From Asterias rubens (Eukaryota), in assembly GCF_902459465.1 (NCBI RefSeq), contig NC_047068.1, positions 12,648,001-12,712,000 on the forward strand: a DNA stretch of 64,000 bases. Reading direction: 5' to 3'. Position 1 is the first letter of the stretch. Each line of letters opens with the position of its first letter. The notes under the pieces are model-generated. The model made no database searches. It was not told the DNA's origin and saw nothing but the letters and a program-made list of their open reading frames with translations. The position numbers and the translations under genes are program-made. Below, piece by piece: positions 13,700 through 26,865 of this stretch.

Positions 13700-13917
13700 T
13701 TCTACTGCCGTGGAGTAGATAATCAGAGGTTCGGGAGACTTCTCAGTTCTGAAAAGAACTGTCCTGCTTTTTAAACTCTTACCAGCGCGGATGGTATAGA
13801 AATTAGACTGGACTACTACTTTAGCTTATAGGATCGTAATTAACTGTACTGCCGCGGAGTCAGTTCTGAATTGGTCTCAACGTTTCGACTAGCTTGCTCT
13901 AGTCATCGTCAGGAGAC
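13700..13917 (-). mobile_element. Penelope-like element pseudo-LTR remnant
   Basis: Ends in a canonical minimal hammerhead motif typical of PLE pLTRs; the left boundary is approximate. Confidence 0.55.
13874..13917 (-). ncRNA. Minimal type I hammerhead ribozyme motif
   Basis: Minus strand reads GTCTC-CTGACGA-T-GACTAG-AGCAAG-CTAGTC-GAAA-CGTT-GAGAC: stem I, CUGANGA core, 6-bp stem II, GAAA and an NUH site. Confidence 0.8.
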
Positions 13918-14031
13918 TTGTTAAATCTAGCATTTACAATTGTTGATCCAACGCAAAGCGTTAAAGCCATTGGACACTTTCGGTAAACAGTATTGTCCAA
14001 AGGCCCACACTTCGTGTATCACAACTTATAT

Positions 14032-15620
14032 GGGTAAGAATTTCCTACAGGTACAGGGTACTGCAATGGGCACACGTATGGCACCATCAATGGCGTGCCT
14101 TTTCATGAGCCATCTTGAACAGCGCATGTTGGCATCAGCCCCTTGCCGTCCCTGGGTCTGGTGGCGCTATATCGATGACATCTTTTTCATCTGGACAAGC
14201 GATGAAGCAAGCCTCAAAGCTTTTATTAATCACATAAATTCCTTCCACAGGACCATCAAATTCACGAGCGAATACTCAACCAAGGATACACACTTTCTGG
14301 ATGTCAAGGTTCTCAAGACGGTTGTAGGCTTAACCACAGATCTCTTCGTTAAACCCACAGATAAACACCAATACCTACATTCCACTAGCTGTCACCCCCG
14401 ACACTGCAAACCAGCATAGCCTACAGTCAGGCTCTCAGACTCCGTCGAATCTGTTCTAATGATTCTGATTTTATCCACCACTCACAGGAACTTAAGAAAC
14501 ACCTTGTTTCCAGGGGTCATAGCTCTCTAGCAGTCCATCGAGCTATCCAGAAAGTCAAGGCTCGTTCTAGGGAGTCAGTACTTTCCAAAGGACCAAAGAA
14601 ACAACAGAGTCCTACGGGGAAAGTTCCTTTTGTTGTCACTTTCCACCCCTCACTTCCTCCCATTCGTAAAATAACCAGTTCTAACCATCATATTCTTCAC
14701 ACATCAGATCGACTTCAACGTGCTGTGCAGGAAGAACCCATAGTTGCCTACAGACGCCCACCAAGTCTCAGGGATCTCATTGTCCGAGCAGAAGTCCCTC
14801 CCATTAATGATGATGTTAATCCCCCTCTACCACAGGGAACTTTTAGGTGTTCCAACATCTCCAAATGCATCGTCTGTAGACAACACATCAGGGAATCGGA
14901 CTCCTTCACCAGTAACACCGGCGGTACCACCCATAAGACAAGGGGTCATGTCACCTGCACCACCACTAATCTCATTTATCTCATATCTTGCAGAGTCTGT
15001 GGTGTTCAATATATAGGTGAAACAAGAACTACACTCAAGAGGCGTTTATACGGCCACAGATCTACAGTCAAGACCCAAAAGCTAGATACACCTGTAGGTC
15101 ATCACTTCAATCTTCCTAATCACTCCATTTCTGACATGATCTTACAGGGCATAGAGGCACTAGGCAACCACAGAGAGACTGTGCGTTTGAGTAGGGAGAA
15201 ACTCTGGATTAGACGCCTCCAGACCATTCAACCCCATGGTCTGAACATCCAAGAAGGAAACGACTAATAAACCTTTTGTTTTGCCGTCTCCTTTTTTCCC
15301 CATAGCCTTTTAGCCTGAGCCTCATTCACTAATATAAATTACTTTTTACCCAACCTCACCACCCTCGATGTTGTCCTTTGTGTTTCCATATTCTTGCTTG
15401 TGGTCAAGCCAGCCCCTTCCCTTCACCCCCCCCCCTTTTTTGTCCCCCTATTCATTGTTTACCCCCTGCTTTTTTATGTATGCTTTCTAACCCCATTCAT
15501 GTATTTCCACTTCACTGCTTATGTTTCACTTAGTTACCTGTTCATGTTTGTTGTGTTGTCATTTAGCCTTCGAGAAAGACTCTGCTAGGGTCGAAACGTC
15601 AGGCCATTAACTATTTTTTG
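14032..15620 (+). mobile_element. 5'-truncated Penelope-like retroelement (Neptune-like): RT with YIDD, Cys/His linker and C-terminal GIY-YIG endonuclease; one frameshift near 14410
   Basis: Motifs GTAMGTRMAP, WWRYIDDIFFIW, FVKPTDKHQYL and LIYLISCRVCGVQYIGET; stop at 15267; flanked by a 12-bp direct repeat CACAACTTATAT. Confidence 0.92.
15566..15604 (+). ncRNA. Variant minimal hammerhead-like motif at the Penelope 3' end
   Basis: GCCT-TCGAGAA-A-GACTC-TGCTA-GGGTC-GAAA-CGTC-AGGC. The stems are intact; the core deviates from CUGANGA (U3/A8 covariation, U4C). Confidence 0.55.
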
Positions 15621-16044
15621 CACAACTTATATATAAAATAACAAACCTGTGAAAATTTAGGCTCAATCGGTCATCGGAGTCGGGAGAAAATAACGGGAAA
15701 ACCCACCTTTGTTTCCGCACGTTTCGCCGTGTCATGACATGTGTTTACTATAATCCGTAATTCTCGTTGTCGAGAATTTATAATTGTTTTAATGTTTTCT
15801 CAAAAAGTAAAGCATTTCATGGAATAATATTTCAAGAGAAGTCTTTTACCATTACCTTCTGTAAACCCTGTAAGTTATTTGTTAATTTGTGAACTTTTAT
15901 TTTATTTTCTGTTCCGAAAGTGTATAGGCCTAATGGCTTTAAGAGTCAACATTTCTCAAAAAAGTTCCCTGGAATTGTTGGAACAGCTTTTTAAACGTTA
16001 AACTGGAACTTAAATTGTTGACTATTTACTTAAAAATGCTTTCG

Positions 16045-16300
16045 GAACAGAAAAACAAATAAAAGTTCACAGATTTGCAAATAACTTACAGGGTTTACAT
16101 AAGGTATAATGGTGAAAGACTTCTCTTGAAATATTATTTCATGAAATGCTTTATCGAGAATTACGGATTCATTTTAAACCAATCATGTCATGACACGGTA
16201 AACCGTGCGGAGGGTTTTCCCGTTATTTTCTCCCGACTCTGATGACCGATTGAGCCTAAATTTTCACAGGTTTGTTATTTTATATATAAGTTGTGACACA
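16045..16300 (-). mobile_element. Inverted partial copy of the family B MITE
   Basis: Reverse complement of the 15621-15920 segment. Confidence 0.75.
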
Positions 16301-16433
16301 ATGCTGGACTCAACACTTTCAAAGTGTTGTCACTCACCGAACTCTCGCAAGTGTTGGTGGATTCAACTCTTTAATTGTTAAAGTGCTGTGGGCCCATATC
16401 AACAACAGCTGCATGAGCAGCGCAGCAAAATCG

Positions 16434-16550
16434 TCATCATAATCATAATCATCATCATCAACAACAACGACAACAACGACGACAACAGCAACTACCAGCT
16501 TAACTACCAGCAACAACAAACCACAAAATGACAACAATTTAACAACAAAA
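16434..16550. repeat. Degenerate (CAT/CAA/CGA)n trinucleotide repeat
   Basis: Visible low-complexity run. Confidence 0.8.
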
Positions 16551-17799
16551 ACGACTTAAACACACCAAATTAAAGTCCGAAATAACTGAGGCTGCAGCAG
16601 AAGTTCATATTCTATATACCCGCCAATAAGAAGTAGGCCTTATTTTTATTTTCAATACTAATGCTCGTTGACAATGTAGAATGCATCCGATTCGTTTGGT
16701 TCAAGAACCCGATGCAAACAAAAAGATGTTTGTGTAAAAATCAAATCCACAGACATTGTATGGCTGCGGTCATACACGAACACCATCGTTTTTACGCTAG
16801 ATTTTGTGACAATTGGCTACTACGTCATGATAAGTATTTTAAATAATGCCATTCAAAGTTTCAAAATTGTACACTAGATTTCAGGTTTTCCATAGCACCC
16901 CGCTCTGAAATCACAGGGACCAATTTCATAGAGCTGCTAAGCACAACATTTATTTGGCATGACATCATGTTTGCCTTCATTAAAACACGCCTAGGCTACC
17001 AACCAAATTTCCACGTGATTTTCAGGATAAGCAAAACCGCTGAATACCAGTAACAAGCAATATGCAACAAATTTGGTTGGTAATCCTGTTTTTATCAAGG
17101 AGGAAATTTCATGGTGAGCAAATTTTTGTGCTGAGCAGCTCTATGAAAGACGAACTGCATACGCACTGGCGCGGCACTTTAAATCTGGTACAACGAAGCT
17201 TTTCGGCTTCGTTGTACGAGGTTGAAAACCCGTGCTTCGACCCCATGCTGTACACCTGGTGAATTCAGAGCGGTGTTCGTTATAAAGAACCTTAGACAAG
17301 GCTGCCACTATTAATCGTCGTTTACAGACGATATATAGATTATGATTATACAGTTTTGACACACACAAGTTTCGACAATGTCTCAGCCAGTATTTGTTGT
17401 AAAATAAACTATCTTCAGATTTAGCTTACAATGAAAATAAATTTTGCAAAAATGTATTATGTTTATAGTACAATATTCAAAACGGCATTTGATTAATTTT
17501 GTTTAAACTTTTCATGTGACATCACTCATGATTAATAAAATAATAGAATCTTAGGTATGTACAATAAACCCGCCTTCGGCTCGTACATTCCCGCGAATCT
17601 ACACTTTCTCGTCCATTCTCCTTATATAAGGCACTTTATATAAACATTTAAAGATGGATACAAGTTCCTCTTTTTTCTCAAGAGAACTCACAGAAAGTCA
17701 ATACCATGTCAGTGTAAAAATACCCTATTAGGCTGTTTATTGTCTTACCGTAAAAGTAGTATACTGCAATCTCCGTTTATGTCCTCACCCTTTTAATAA

Positions 17800-18330
17800 G
17801 GGAATCAATGTGTGGTGAAGAGGTTTTCAACTAGTGGTTTAAACCCGCCGAGGCCTAGTTCTTGATAACTTTACCGAGACGAAGTCGAGGTAAATTATCA
17901 AGAACCAGGCCTCGGCGGGTTTAAACCACTAGTTGAAAACCGATTCAACACACTTTGATTCCCATTCATTCTTTGACTCCCGGTCAAAAAAACATCAACA
18001 CTTTTTTGTTCAAAAAGTAAAAATAAATGCAAAAATTATAATTGTTCAATGATTTCTTTCAACACAACACCCCTCCAGCTATGAAATGGTAAGGCCCTCG
18101 GGTAAACAACTAACTCCTGATAAGGAGATTGCTATGCGCGTCGCGCGTATCGCGTGATGTGGCGCAACTGTTCCAGCCGTTGCTCTCGACCAATAGGAAT
18201 GAAGAAGCTGTCTTATATAAGCACGGGTGCAAGCTTGCGTGTCACGCCCATGTTTCAACACTTTTTACTGGTGTTATATCATCCGTTCAAACACCCCCAC
18301 GTGATGCCCTCCCGACCATTTAGAATGGAT
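17800..18330. mobile_element. Non-autonomous element with a 120-bp near-perfect hairpin (17822-17941)
   Basis: GGTTTTCAACTAGTGGTTTAAACCCGCCGAGGCCT...AGGCCTCGGCGGGTTTAAACCACTAGTTGAAAACC; outer limits are approximate. Confidence 0.55.
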
Positions 18331-19379
18331 AAACTGTCTTTAGGTATTTATGAATTAAGATTCCAAAGGGATTGTCAGTACGTTTGATAAAACCCAATGT
18401 TGTTTTTTAAAATCCTACTATGGTCGTAGAAATTTACCGTAAAATTAACCTGCAAAAAATAGTTAATGGCCTGCATGATGTTTAAACTAACCGTGTGACA
18501 ATTTTATTTCAAAAGGTGGATATAGCGGTTTTGAGATGTTGCCGAAAATCTGAAATGCATTATGTTAGTATCCAAAGCTGATGTGTGTAGGCCTATTAGG
18601 CCTACTTAAATATTACAACGCCAAAGTTTGTATTGACATTAAATTTATAGAGTTATCCAAACGCTTATATTTACATACGCATTAAGTATAATGTTCTTCT
18701 GCATAAAAACCTGAAAAACCTCAAATTAATGGCTAGTATTTCAGTGTGAAAAACAATTTGCAACTACAGGCAAAGGCGATGCGTTTTCAGATTAATACAA
18801 CTGTATACAGCATTTTGGCCAACAGTTTCCAAATATACTTTAACAAAAATAATTATTTATACATATAGTAAAATGAAGTTAATCAGGTGAAAATCCGCGG
18901 CATGTTCTCTCAAAGCAAAAATGAAGGTGGCTAAGGCAAAATTTTTGCTAGAATTTTAGTGAAATTCTCGAAAGGTAAGAAAAATATCAAAATTACCGTT
19001 CAGCACACTAAAGGCAGCGTAAAGTGTATAGTTTAATTTATCTTGTAAGTGGGGTCGAAGAGTCCTACCTGAAACAGGTAAGATTTTACAAGTATCGTAA
19101 CAATAATCATGGGCTACGACATTTTTGGCGTAAAACGCACAGGCGTCAGTAGTATTTCAGGAGTGAGCGCATTAACTTTATGTCCGATTTGAAAATAAAA
19201 ATCATGGCAAGGGTTGCTCACATAGCCGCACTCAATGTGTCATGATGCAATGGGTTTCATTTTCTAACCTCAGGAATGGCGGCCAATGCGGTCAATAAGC
19301 CCAAAAGTTATGTTTCATAAAAATAAGCTCGAACCATGGAGTCTTATTTAAGATATAAACCGGAATAGCAAGATGAAGT

Positions 19380-22300
19380 CTACATCCAGAGTTGCATAAA
19401 TTTCTCCTTCGCCTTTCTACATTCTCGGTCAATGTCGTCACCTTGGGGTAAACAGGAACTGGAATACCTGCAAAGAAATTCGACATAGGGAATTTATTCA
19501 TGATCGTGACCAGGAGAAAGGGCTGACCCTACAGTGGTATACTTTATGCCAACCATTGTTTAATATGATTGAGGTTGGCCAAGCACAAGGGTAGTAGTAG
19601 ACCGTATTATAACACCCCTTGCAAGTATTCTGCCTGATCATTGGTTTAGAGCGCGTCACATGACATGTCTTAGTTTTGCTAGACGACGGCCGTGTGATAG
19701 CGCGTCGGTTTGCCATGCGCTAGTCCGAAGACTAGCACATGGCGTGCAGTACCCAGACGTCCGTTGCGTGTACGAGGATGATAAATTAATAGTCTGTAAC
19801 CAGTTCGGATTGCACGACACTACATGCAGCACAGTAAAAGTATTTGCAATCTGTATTCGCGTCGTCCGTGGATTGTAGCATTCAGGTCTGTAACTTAATA
19901 ATAATAGTACAGTATTTAGAAATGTTTGGGGTGTTATAAAACAAATATTGACTGCCTTTACTCGTGCAATGGTTAAAAACTATGACTCCCTCGGTGATCC
20001 CCGTAGCGTTCTGTTCCCGGGGATCACCTCGGGAGTCATAGTTTTAACCATAGCACTCGAAGTAGTCAATACTTGTATATTATACTCTTGACAAACTCAA
20101 CGGACGTTCTTCGAGGCTGAAACAAAAATCAAGCAGATGCCGCGTGAAAAGTGTGCCAGAGCGGTACTGCAGCTGCAGTCAACATTTAGGAGACATACAC
20201 AATCCAGTATTGCGCATACTTCGTGAACTAATGGCTCCATAAGCGGACACACCGGCAGTTGCTTATAAAAGTTGCAGAAAGGAAAACAACCGACAATACT
20301 ATACGGCGTCATATCTCGATTACTACGGCGATACTTATATTGAGATCTACGCGATTTAACGTCATACAAATATGAGTTTTCAAGGTATTAGCGAATATGA
20401 GCATTATTTGCCAACACCAGCCTGTGAGAAAACATGGCGTTATATAGCCGTAGATATCGCCGCAGTATTACGTTATATTGCCGTGATGTTGCGTCCGCCG
20501 GATAGCGTCAATTAGGACGCCTGTTTACAACCCAATAACGGCGATATAATGACGAGCTCTCTATATAGAAAATGGCGTATGAGAGCTATCGTAAATAATT
20601 ATAATGTATGAGCCACCAGAAAAATACAATCATTATGCCTACCTGAAAACTTTCAATGAGTTGACATCTCTACAGGCGTTGAGCATGCTGATGAAGTCTA
20701 GCGCGGTCATCTTCACGTAGAGGATGCTCAAGAATTCAAGTCTGTGTGCCTTACGCAGTTCTTGCGAGAAATGCTTAACCGTCTCCGACGAACATACAGA
20801 TGCTGATGGAATAACTCCTGACATACGAAGGTCCACCAGGTTAGGCAAGTCAGAAAGGATAGACGCTGTGCAGCTTATCACTGTGTCTGGTACTGGAGAA
20901 TGTACGAGGTACACGTGAGTAAGTCCACGACAAAGAGCTAGCTTGTTCTTGAGAAGAACCAGGCTTGCTGCACTGACATCATACAGAGAGACCCTAAACT
21001 CTGTCCAGTTGCGTTTCTCGTCAAGGAGTTTACACACTGAGTCCACGACTGTTTCATTCATCTGTTTGTTTCTACGCAGATCCAATTTGGTGAGGCAGGG
21101 GTACGTCTTTACTTTTTCGAAGATCTTTACAATCGCACCAGATGACATCTCTGCCTTGTCTAAGATGATGTTTTCAACATCAGTTAACGGTGGAAGCATT
21201 TCAACAAAGTCTTCTCCAACTTCGTTCCCGGACACTTTCAAGTACTTCAACTTTGGTGTTGACTCCAGAGAAGATGCCAAGCTAGCGGTTTGGCATGATG
21301 TCAAACCGTTTAAGCAAAGTGTAAGCTTCGTTATTTCACGGAATAAACCTTCCTTCAACATTCTAAACAGTTCAGACCAGTGGCAGTCTTCTGACTTCAC
21401 ACCATTCAGCACCAACTCCTGCAGTATACATTCCTTCAAGGCAGGAAGAATGAAGCCCAAATTGAAGTTATCAACCTGACGCCGTCGTACTTCCTGACAG
21501 ATAGGAAGGACTGAGAAATAAGTCAAGTCCGGCCGATCTCTGAAATAACCTGGCCTTTCATCCCCGATAGACTGGAGCAGCTGACTGATTTCCTGGGGTT
21601 TCATGACGTTTCTTCTCTGTGAGTCGATGCTGTCAAACAAAGACCTGCTCATGAGCTCTTCTGCACCGGGGTAACAATTCAGGAACTCCCGGAACTCTGT
21701 GCTCGACTCTAACCTTACGAAACTTAAGTCGACACTTCTGACCGATAAGACAGTCTCCACTTCACCCGGCCAGCTGGCATCACTTCCTGTAACTTCATCA
21801 GATGTCTTCTTTTGGAAACTATGCAAAAACAAGTAGCCAAGAGTCTTAGCTATGTAGTTTGGTATTTCCACCAAACGAATATGACAGATTTCACCAAACA
21901 GACAATTCAAAATATCGTTAAATGCACCGTTACTACGACCTTCAAAGTTAAGTTGAAGACAAAATTCAATCAAACGCTGGACCTTCTGACATTCTTTGTA
22001 GTGGAGCTTCCCTTCAAGATACTGCTTGATGTTTTCGCCTTGCTGGACTTGAAATATATCCGTGACATGAACCATAATGAAGCGGGCGGCCTTCTGGCTA
22101 GCTGCACTGGCGAAAACCAAAATGTTGGCCAAGTCCAGAACTCGCTGATGGTTGTCAACTTTCTTTAAGTAGTCAGCAAACAATTGGCAACTTCTCTCGT
22201 CGCGGTCACATAGGTACGCCAGATGCTTTCCGGCAAATTTTTCTTGAAAGCTCTTCAAGACGAATGAAATGTTTCTGTGTGGTGGAAGCGTGAGCGATTC

Positions 22301-24363
22301 CGTAAGTTCCTGGTAGCTATGTGGTAGAAAACTTGAGACCTCATCTCTGTAGAGGAAACCTACACGAAGTCCTTGCTCGATGATCTGTGGACCATTGGAA
22401 CTTGAGAAGTCACTTTCTGAGAAGATTATCTCTTCCTCATGACCGCCGAGAAAGCCCTCAAGGGCAACCTTCCCGAGCTCAAGGAACAATTCTTGTAGAG
22501 TGATGGCATCAACTGTCGATGTCATCTGTTGACCTGGTTTACTCTTATAATGCGCGAACACACTTTCTACCAATCGGTCGTATAACTTACTGATGGTGTT
22601 CAATTCTCCAAAATCCTTTCCATCTGTCCATTTTGTCAGTTGACAGAATGCAGTGAGCATAAGTGGTAGGGAGGCCAGCTCATTTTTCAGATGATTTTCT
22701 TCAAGGTACATCAAGAGCTTATCTCCAAGAGGCTTTTGTGGTCCTCGGAATGTCTTATAAACGTATTCGTCAATGTCCTTGGGTGAGAAACCAGTGATCT
22801 CTATGTGGCGATAGTTTTCGTACTCATTCTGGAAATCCCCAGCTCGTCCGGGCCGGCTGGTTACCACCACACGGCAAGAACTGAAACATTCATTCCTCAG
22901 CATTTTCACAATATTGCCACAATTCTCATGCTTGAGTCCCTTCCCTCTGAATTCATCGTAGCCATCCAGGAGGATCACCACATCATCGGGGTTGTCTTCG
23001 CAGAATCTCTCAATGGCACTAGCAGTGAATCGTGTTTCAGACGGTAGTATGTGGTCTATAACAGCTTGTCCTAAGTTACTGTGCTGATCAAGTTTCCGCA
23101 TTGGAAGCACAATGACGACTGGCGTATCGGCTAGTAGTGAGCCTTGCTTCCCCATGCACCAATCAAAAGCATACTTGGTCAAAAGGGTTGTTTTCCCGCT
23201 GCCCGTACGGCCAAGGAGAAGAACTCGCGTTGGGGACAGGTTGATAAGACCCAGGTTTTCGTCTATCAACAAGTCAAAGATGGAATTGTATGACTCCAAG
23301 GGACTTATGATCGGCTGGTAGGCAGCGGGAAACTCGATGAGGAGCACAACGTTGGTGAAGACCTGATCTACGTAGACACATCCTTTTGGAACCCATGGAA
23401 TCAAAGGGAGTTTGCTCATCTTATTCCTTACAAATATCTTCAACTTCTTGACAAACTCGTCTCTGTTAAGTTCTTCACTCCAGCCTTGAACAAAAAAAGA
23501 AATTTACGGTTCAGAAAGGTGTACTGAAAATTCACAGAGACATCTACAAAAACATCCCGCCACAACTTGTTTTCGTTTAACGGCAATAGACGTCTTGCAA
23601 TGGCCGCCATCTTTGATGAAACGTGCACACGGGAACGTTCATTGGCCGAGAGTCGTGCGTAGCGCGTACACACGCATGCAGTTTCCCATTGTTTTACATC
23701 AAAGATGGTGGTCAATGACGTCATGTGCAATCCATCTAAAGATTACCGGTAGATGAAAACAAGAGCCTGGTATTTACAAAAGCTTCACAATACTATAGTT
23801 GCAATTTCCCCCTGTCAAAGTTTGATCATTTTCTTTGCACAGTGGCATTGTTATCATTTTAAAAATAATCGTACAATCGGAAACTCGTGCTGGAAAATAT
23901 CATCTTACCTTCAGGAATGTAAACAATGAACTACGAGGGAAGTGTAATGTGTACGATTAATTTGTGTTAAATCATATCATCAATAAATAAATGTGTGTGT
24001 GTTTTTATGACATGGAGATAAGTCATGTAAATAATCACACTGCAACATAAAACTGAAGTTGACATAAAATAAGGAGCTGGACAAACCTTCTGCTCTCGCC
24101 CCCAATCGAATCAAATCCAGACGGCCTGCCGTCTCGAGTGCCTGCCGTAGCTGTTCCTTCCTTTCGTATTGGTGTGTTTTCTTCTGCCACTGCAGGAGCA
24201 TCTTGTAACACCTCTCATGGGAGCCATTTGGTACATCCTCGAGTAGGTTCTCAATTTGCGGCTCAGTAAAACCAAGACTCCTTGCGATTGCTTTCCAACT
24301 CGACCCGAGCTCACCGGCCAGCTCCCAAATTCCTGCCGTCTGTCCAGTGCCTGTTGCCATCAT
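19380..24363 (-). CDS. NLR-like immune receptor 1 (DEATH-NACHT-LRR), about 1068 aa; coding exons 24363-24087, 23484-20643, 19467-19380
   Basis: Death-fold exon (LAGELGSSWKAIARSLGF...CYKMLLQW); Walker A GRTGSGKTT; Walker B VILLDGYDE; VVVTSRP; LPLML; RI-like LRRs (LKYLKVSGN, LTKLDLRRN). GT-AG phases 1 and 2 join in frame. A candidate non-coding exon 1 ends at 24572. Confidence 0.92.
19605..20079. mobile_element. Non-autonomous element with a terminal hairpin, in the last intron of NLR1
   Basis: Inverted full copy at 40609-41112; partial copy near 46105-46200. Confidence 0.8.
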
Positions 24364-25256
24364 GATGCGGTCACCTTTTAATACAGAAAAGTAAGACATG
24401 AAACTTGAAGGGAGTTCGTATTTGTTTCCATTCGTTTTAACTTAAAAAAAAACCAGGCACGTCCAACCAAGACACGTTGGAATAAGACATTATGAACTCG
24501 ACGTTATTCGAGTTGGGGGGTCTTTGGCCGGACTGTTGCTTACTGGCCCATCACGAGCGACGCGCGTTTACCTCCAAGATGGCAGCGAGGTGACGTCATT
24601 GCAATAATGTGGTCCGTTACATCCAACCCAGTGATCAAATTTCCCCATATTGGATAATAATTATTTCTCTGAAGAATTGGTCTCGGTAACAATCAGACAC
24701 CTGCAATTGGAATAAAAGTGATTATGTCATCGATGAGGTATCAATGTATATTTGGTTTGCGATAACACCATGTGTATATGGCAAGACAGTTCTCTACAGA
24801 ACAAACTCTACCTGGCAAGAAGATAGATATAGGCCTACATATGGTGTTACCGCAAACCATATAATTTAATGTCATCGATGTTAGAAGTAGGCCTAATCAC
24901 CCGTGCAAGAAAACCATTCTGTCTAATAGTTGACTTTTTCGAAATGTGAGATTTGGATTAACGGTGGAAATCGCTGTATCCTGACTGGACTAGAAACGAT
25001 ATGAAATAATCTATCCATACATACTAATTGGGTACTGTTGCCGACATTCATAACATGAACATTTTCCGTGTTTTTGTGACTTGTTTTCTCTGTTTTTGAA
25101 GCCAATTTCTCTTTTTAAAATTTGAGTTGCACCGATTGTTTTTATACATAACGACAGATATGCTCTTTGTTTCAGTTTACTGGTACATTACTTTGGTTGA
25201 GACTTTTCAGCAAAAGCTGAAAATGACCGAATTCCAGAAGCCCTTTTGACTATTTT

Positions 25257-26213
25257 AGGGCCACTGATTTTCCGCGATCGCGGAAAACGGACGGAATTCG
25301 CGGAATCCGCCCTTTGAAACGGAAAACGGGATTTCAGAAAATTTGATTTTTTTTTTTTTTTTTTTTTTCTTGACGCCAAAACTATTGAAATTGCATTCTT
25401 TATTAAGATTCTTTTTGTTAAACTAAAAAGGCATCAGAAATCAGACCATTAAAAAGTACGAGATCGTAACCGTGGATCATTCTGTTCTACTTCACACCAT
25501 CCTCAATGTTTACATACATGATGTACACACGTTGTTAACATGGTTAAGCGAAGGGCATTATTCGCGGCACGTTTTAAACATTTTTTGTTCACCCAAATTG
25601 CATTTTCTCCCTCTCTTTTACCAACAATAATACACAAACTAGCTTACCTATGATCTATAAGAACACATACAATGTTTTTTCATCTCGGAAAGGTCTAAAA
25701 TAAAACCGTAAACTGTCAACATTCTGTCGCCAAAGCGAAAACAAAATGGCTGACATTTTGTTTGTGGATGGAGAATGGTCACGTCCATAGACTTGCTCCC
25801 AAGTCTTTGATCATGCTGAAACAGCGCCCTCTTGTGGATACACTCCTGACATTAGACTACAATGTGGCTGATGCAGAGAATCAACTGCAGTTTTAGACTT
25901 GGAATCAAGTCTATCACATCATGTGCATTGATACTGCAGTCACAGTGCAACCTTTTTAGAACAGCAGTATACAAAATAATCCACAATTATAAAAAAAAGT
26001 ATTTTTTTGAAATTTGTCAGTTCAAATGAACATTTTACGAAGTCAACAGTGCAACTTATCTCAAATTGATTTTTATAAGTATGTCCCTGGGTATTAAACA
26101 ACCTTTTATCTAATATAACAAAACATGAAACGGAATTTTTTGTGCCTGAAACGGAATTCATGTTTTTGCCAAACGGAATTTGCACTTTTCTGAAACGGAA
26201 AATCAGTGGCCCT
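25257..26213. mobile_element. hAT-type non-autonomous element (about 957 bp)
   Basis: 18-bp perfect TIR AGGGCCACTGATTTTCCG; 8-bp direct repeat ACTATTTT at 25249-25256 and 26214-26221; repeated subterminal AAACGG motifs. Confidence 0.85.
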
Positions 26214-26629
26214 ACTATTTTAGTATTCAAACCGAGGTCACGCATGAAAAAACGCCGCATATCCCTGTAGATAAATAACAATGGGGATTAGTGTGCTGCA
26301 GGAAGACTGCATCTATCATGAACATCAACAGAAACAAATGAGTCATTCACCGAACAACGGTGGGTTTTTCCACTTTTCAAATATCCGTGAAAACTATATA
26401 ATCTTGTTGATATGGTGGAACCTGTACAATAACAAGTGTTGTGCAGCCTTTATGTTTACGGACGTACGCTGAGATCCTGCGCATCAAAATACGGGTATAC
26501 ATGTATGCATGCGGTCAAAATATCCTGTGAAACTGAAAGGAAATAAAGAAGAATTCCAAACTCTAGTACTGACAAAATAGCTTTTCTATGGTGACCCGCT
26601 GAAGGAACATCGCAAATCGCTGTCTTAGA

Positions 26630-26865
26630 TAAGCATTTGAAACCTTTTGTTATGAAATGCAATGTCAGATTGATAATTTAAAAGTAGAATATAATGATCC
26701 ACACAAACATGCCTCGAAATTGCACGGTTTTCCTTTTACACGGTCGGCCATTTTATTGAGTCAAACTTTTAAAACATCTTTCTAACCATATGCATTTAAT
26801 AACAAACGGTTTCAAACGCTTTTCAAAGACTAACTCGTCCGATCCAAGGCAACGTGTTCCTTTAA
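26630..26865. mobile_element. Partial Kolobok-type MITE (family C)
   Basis: Ends CCAAGGCAACGTGTTCCTTTAA, as in the full copies at 38246-38514 and 56918-57308. Confidence 0.7.

Larger units (their letters stand above)
13961..15942 (+). mobile_element. Kolobok-type MITE (family B) split by a Penelope insertion
   Basis: 13961-14031 and 15621-15942 join to give the intact copy seen at 46333-46703; TTAA flanks and inverted termini. Confidence 0.85.

Noticed and set aside
13940-14031. N-terminal part of ORF 13940-14419 as Penelope protein
   Set aside because: It is MITE sequence read in frame by chance; the element starts at 14032.
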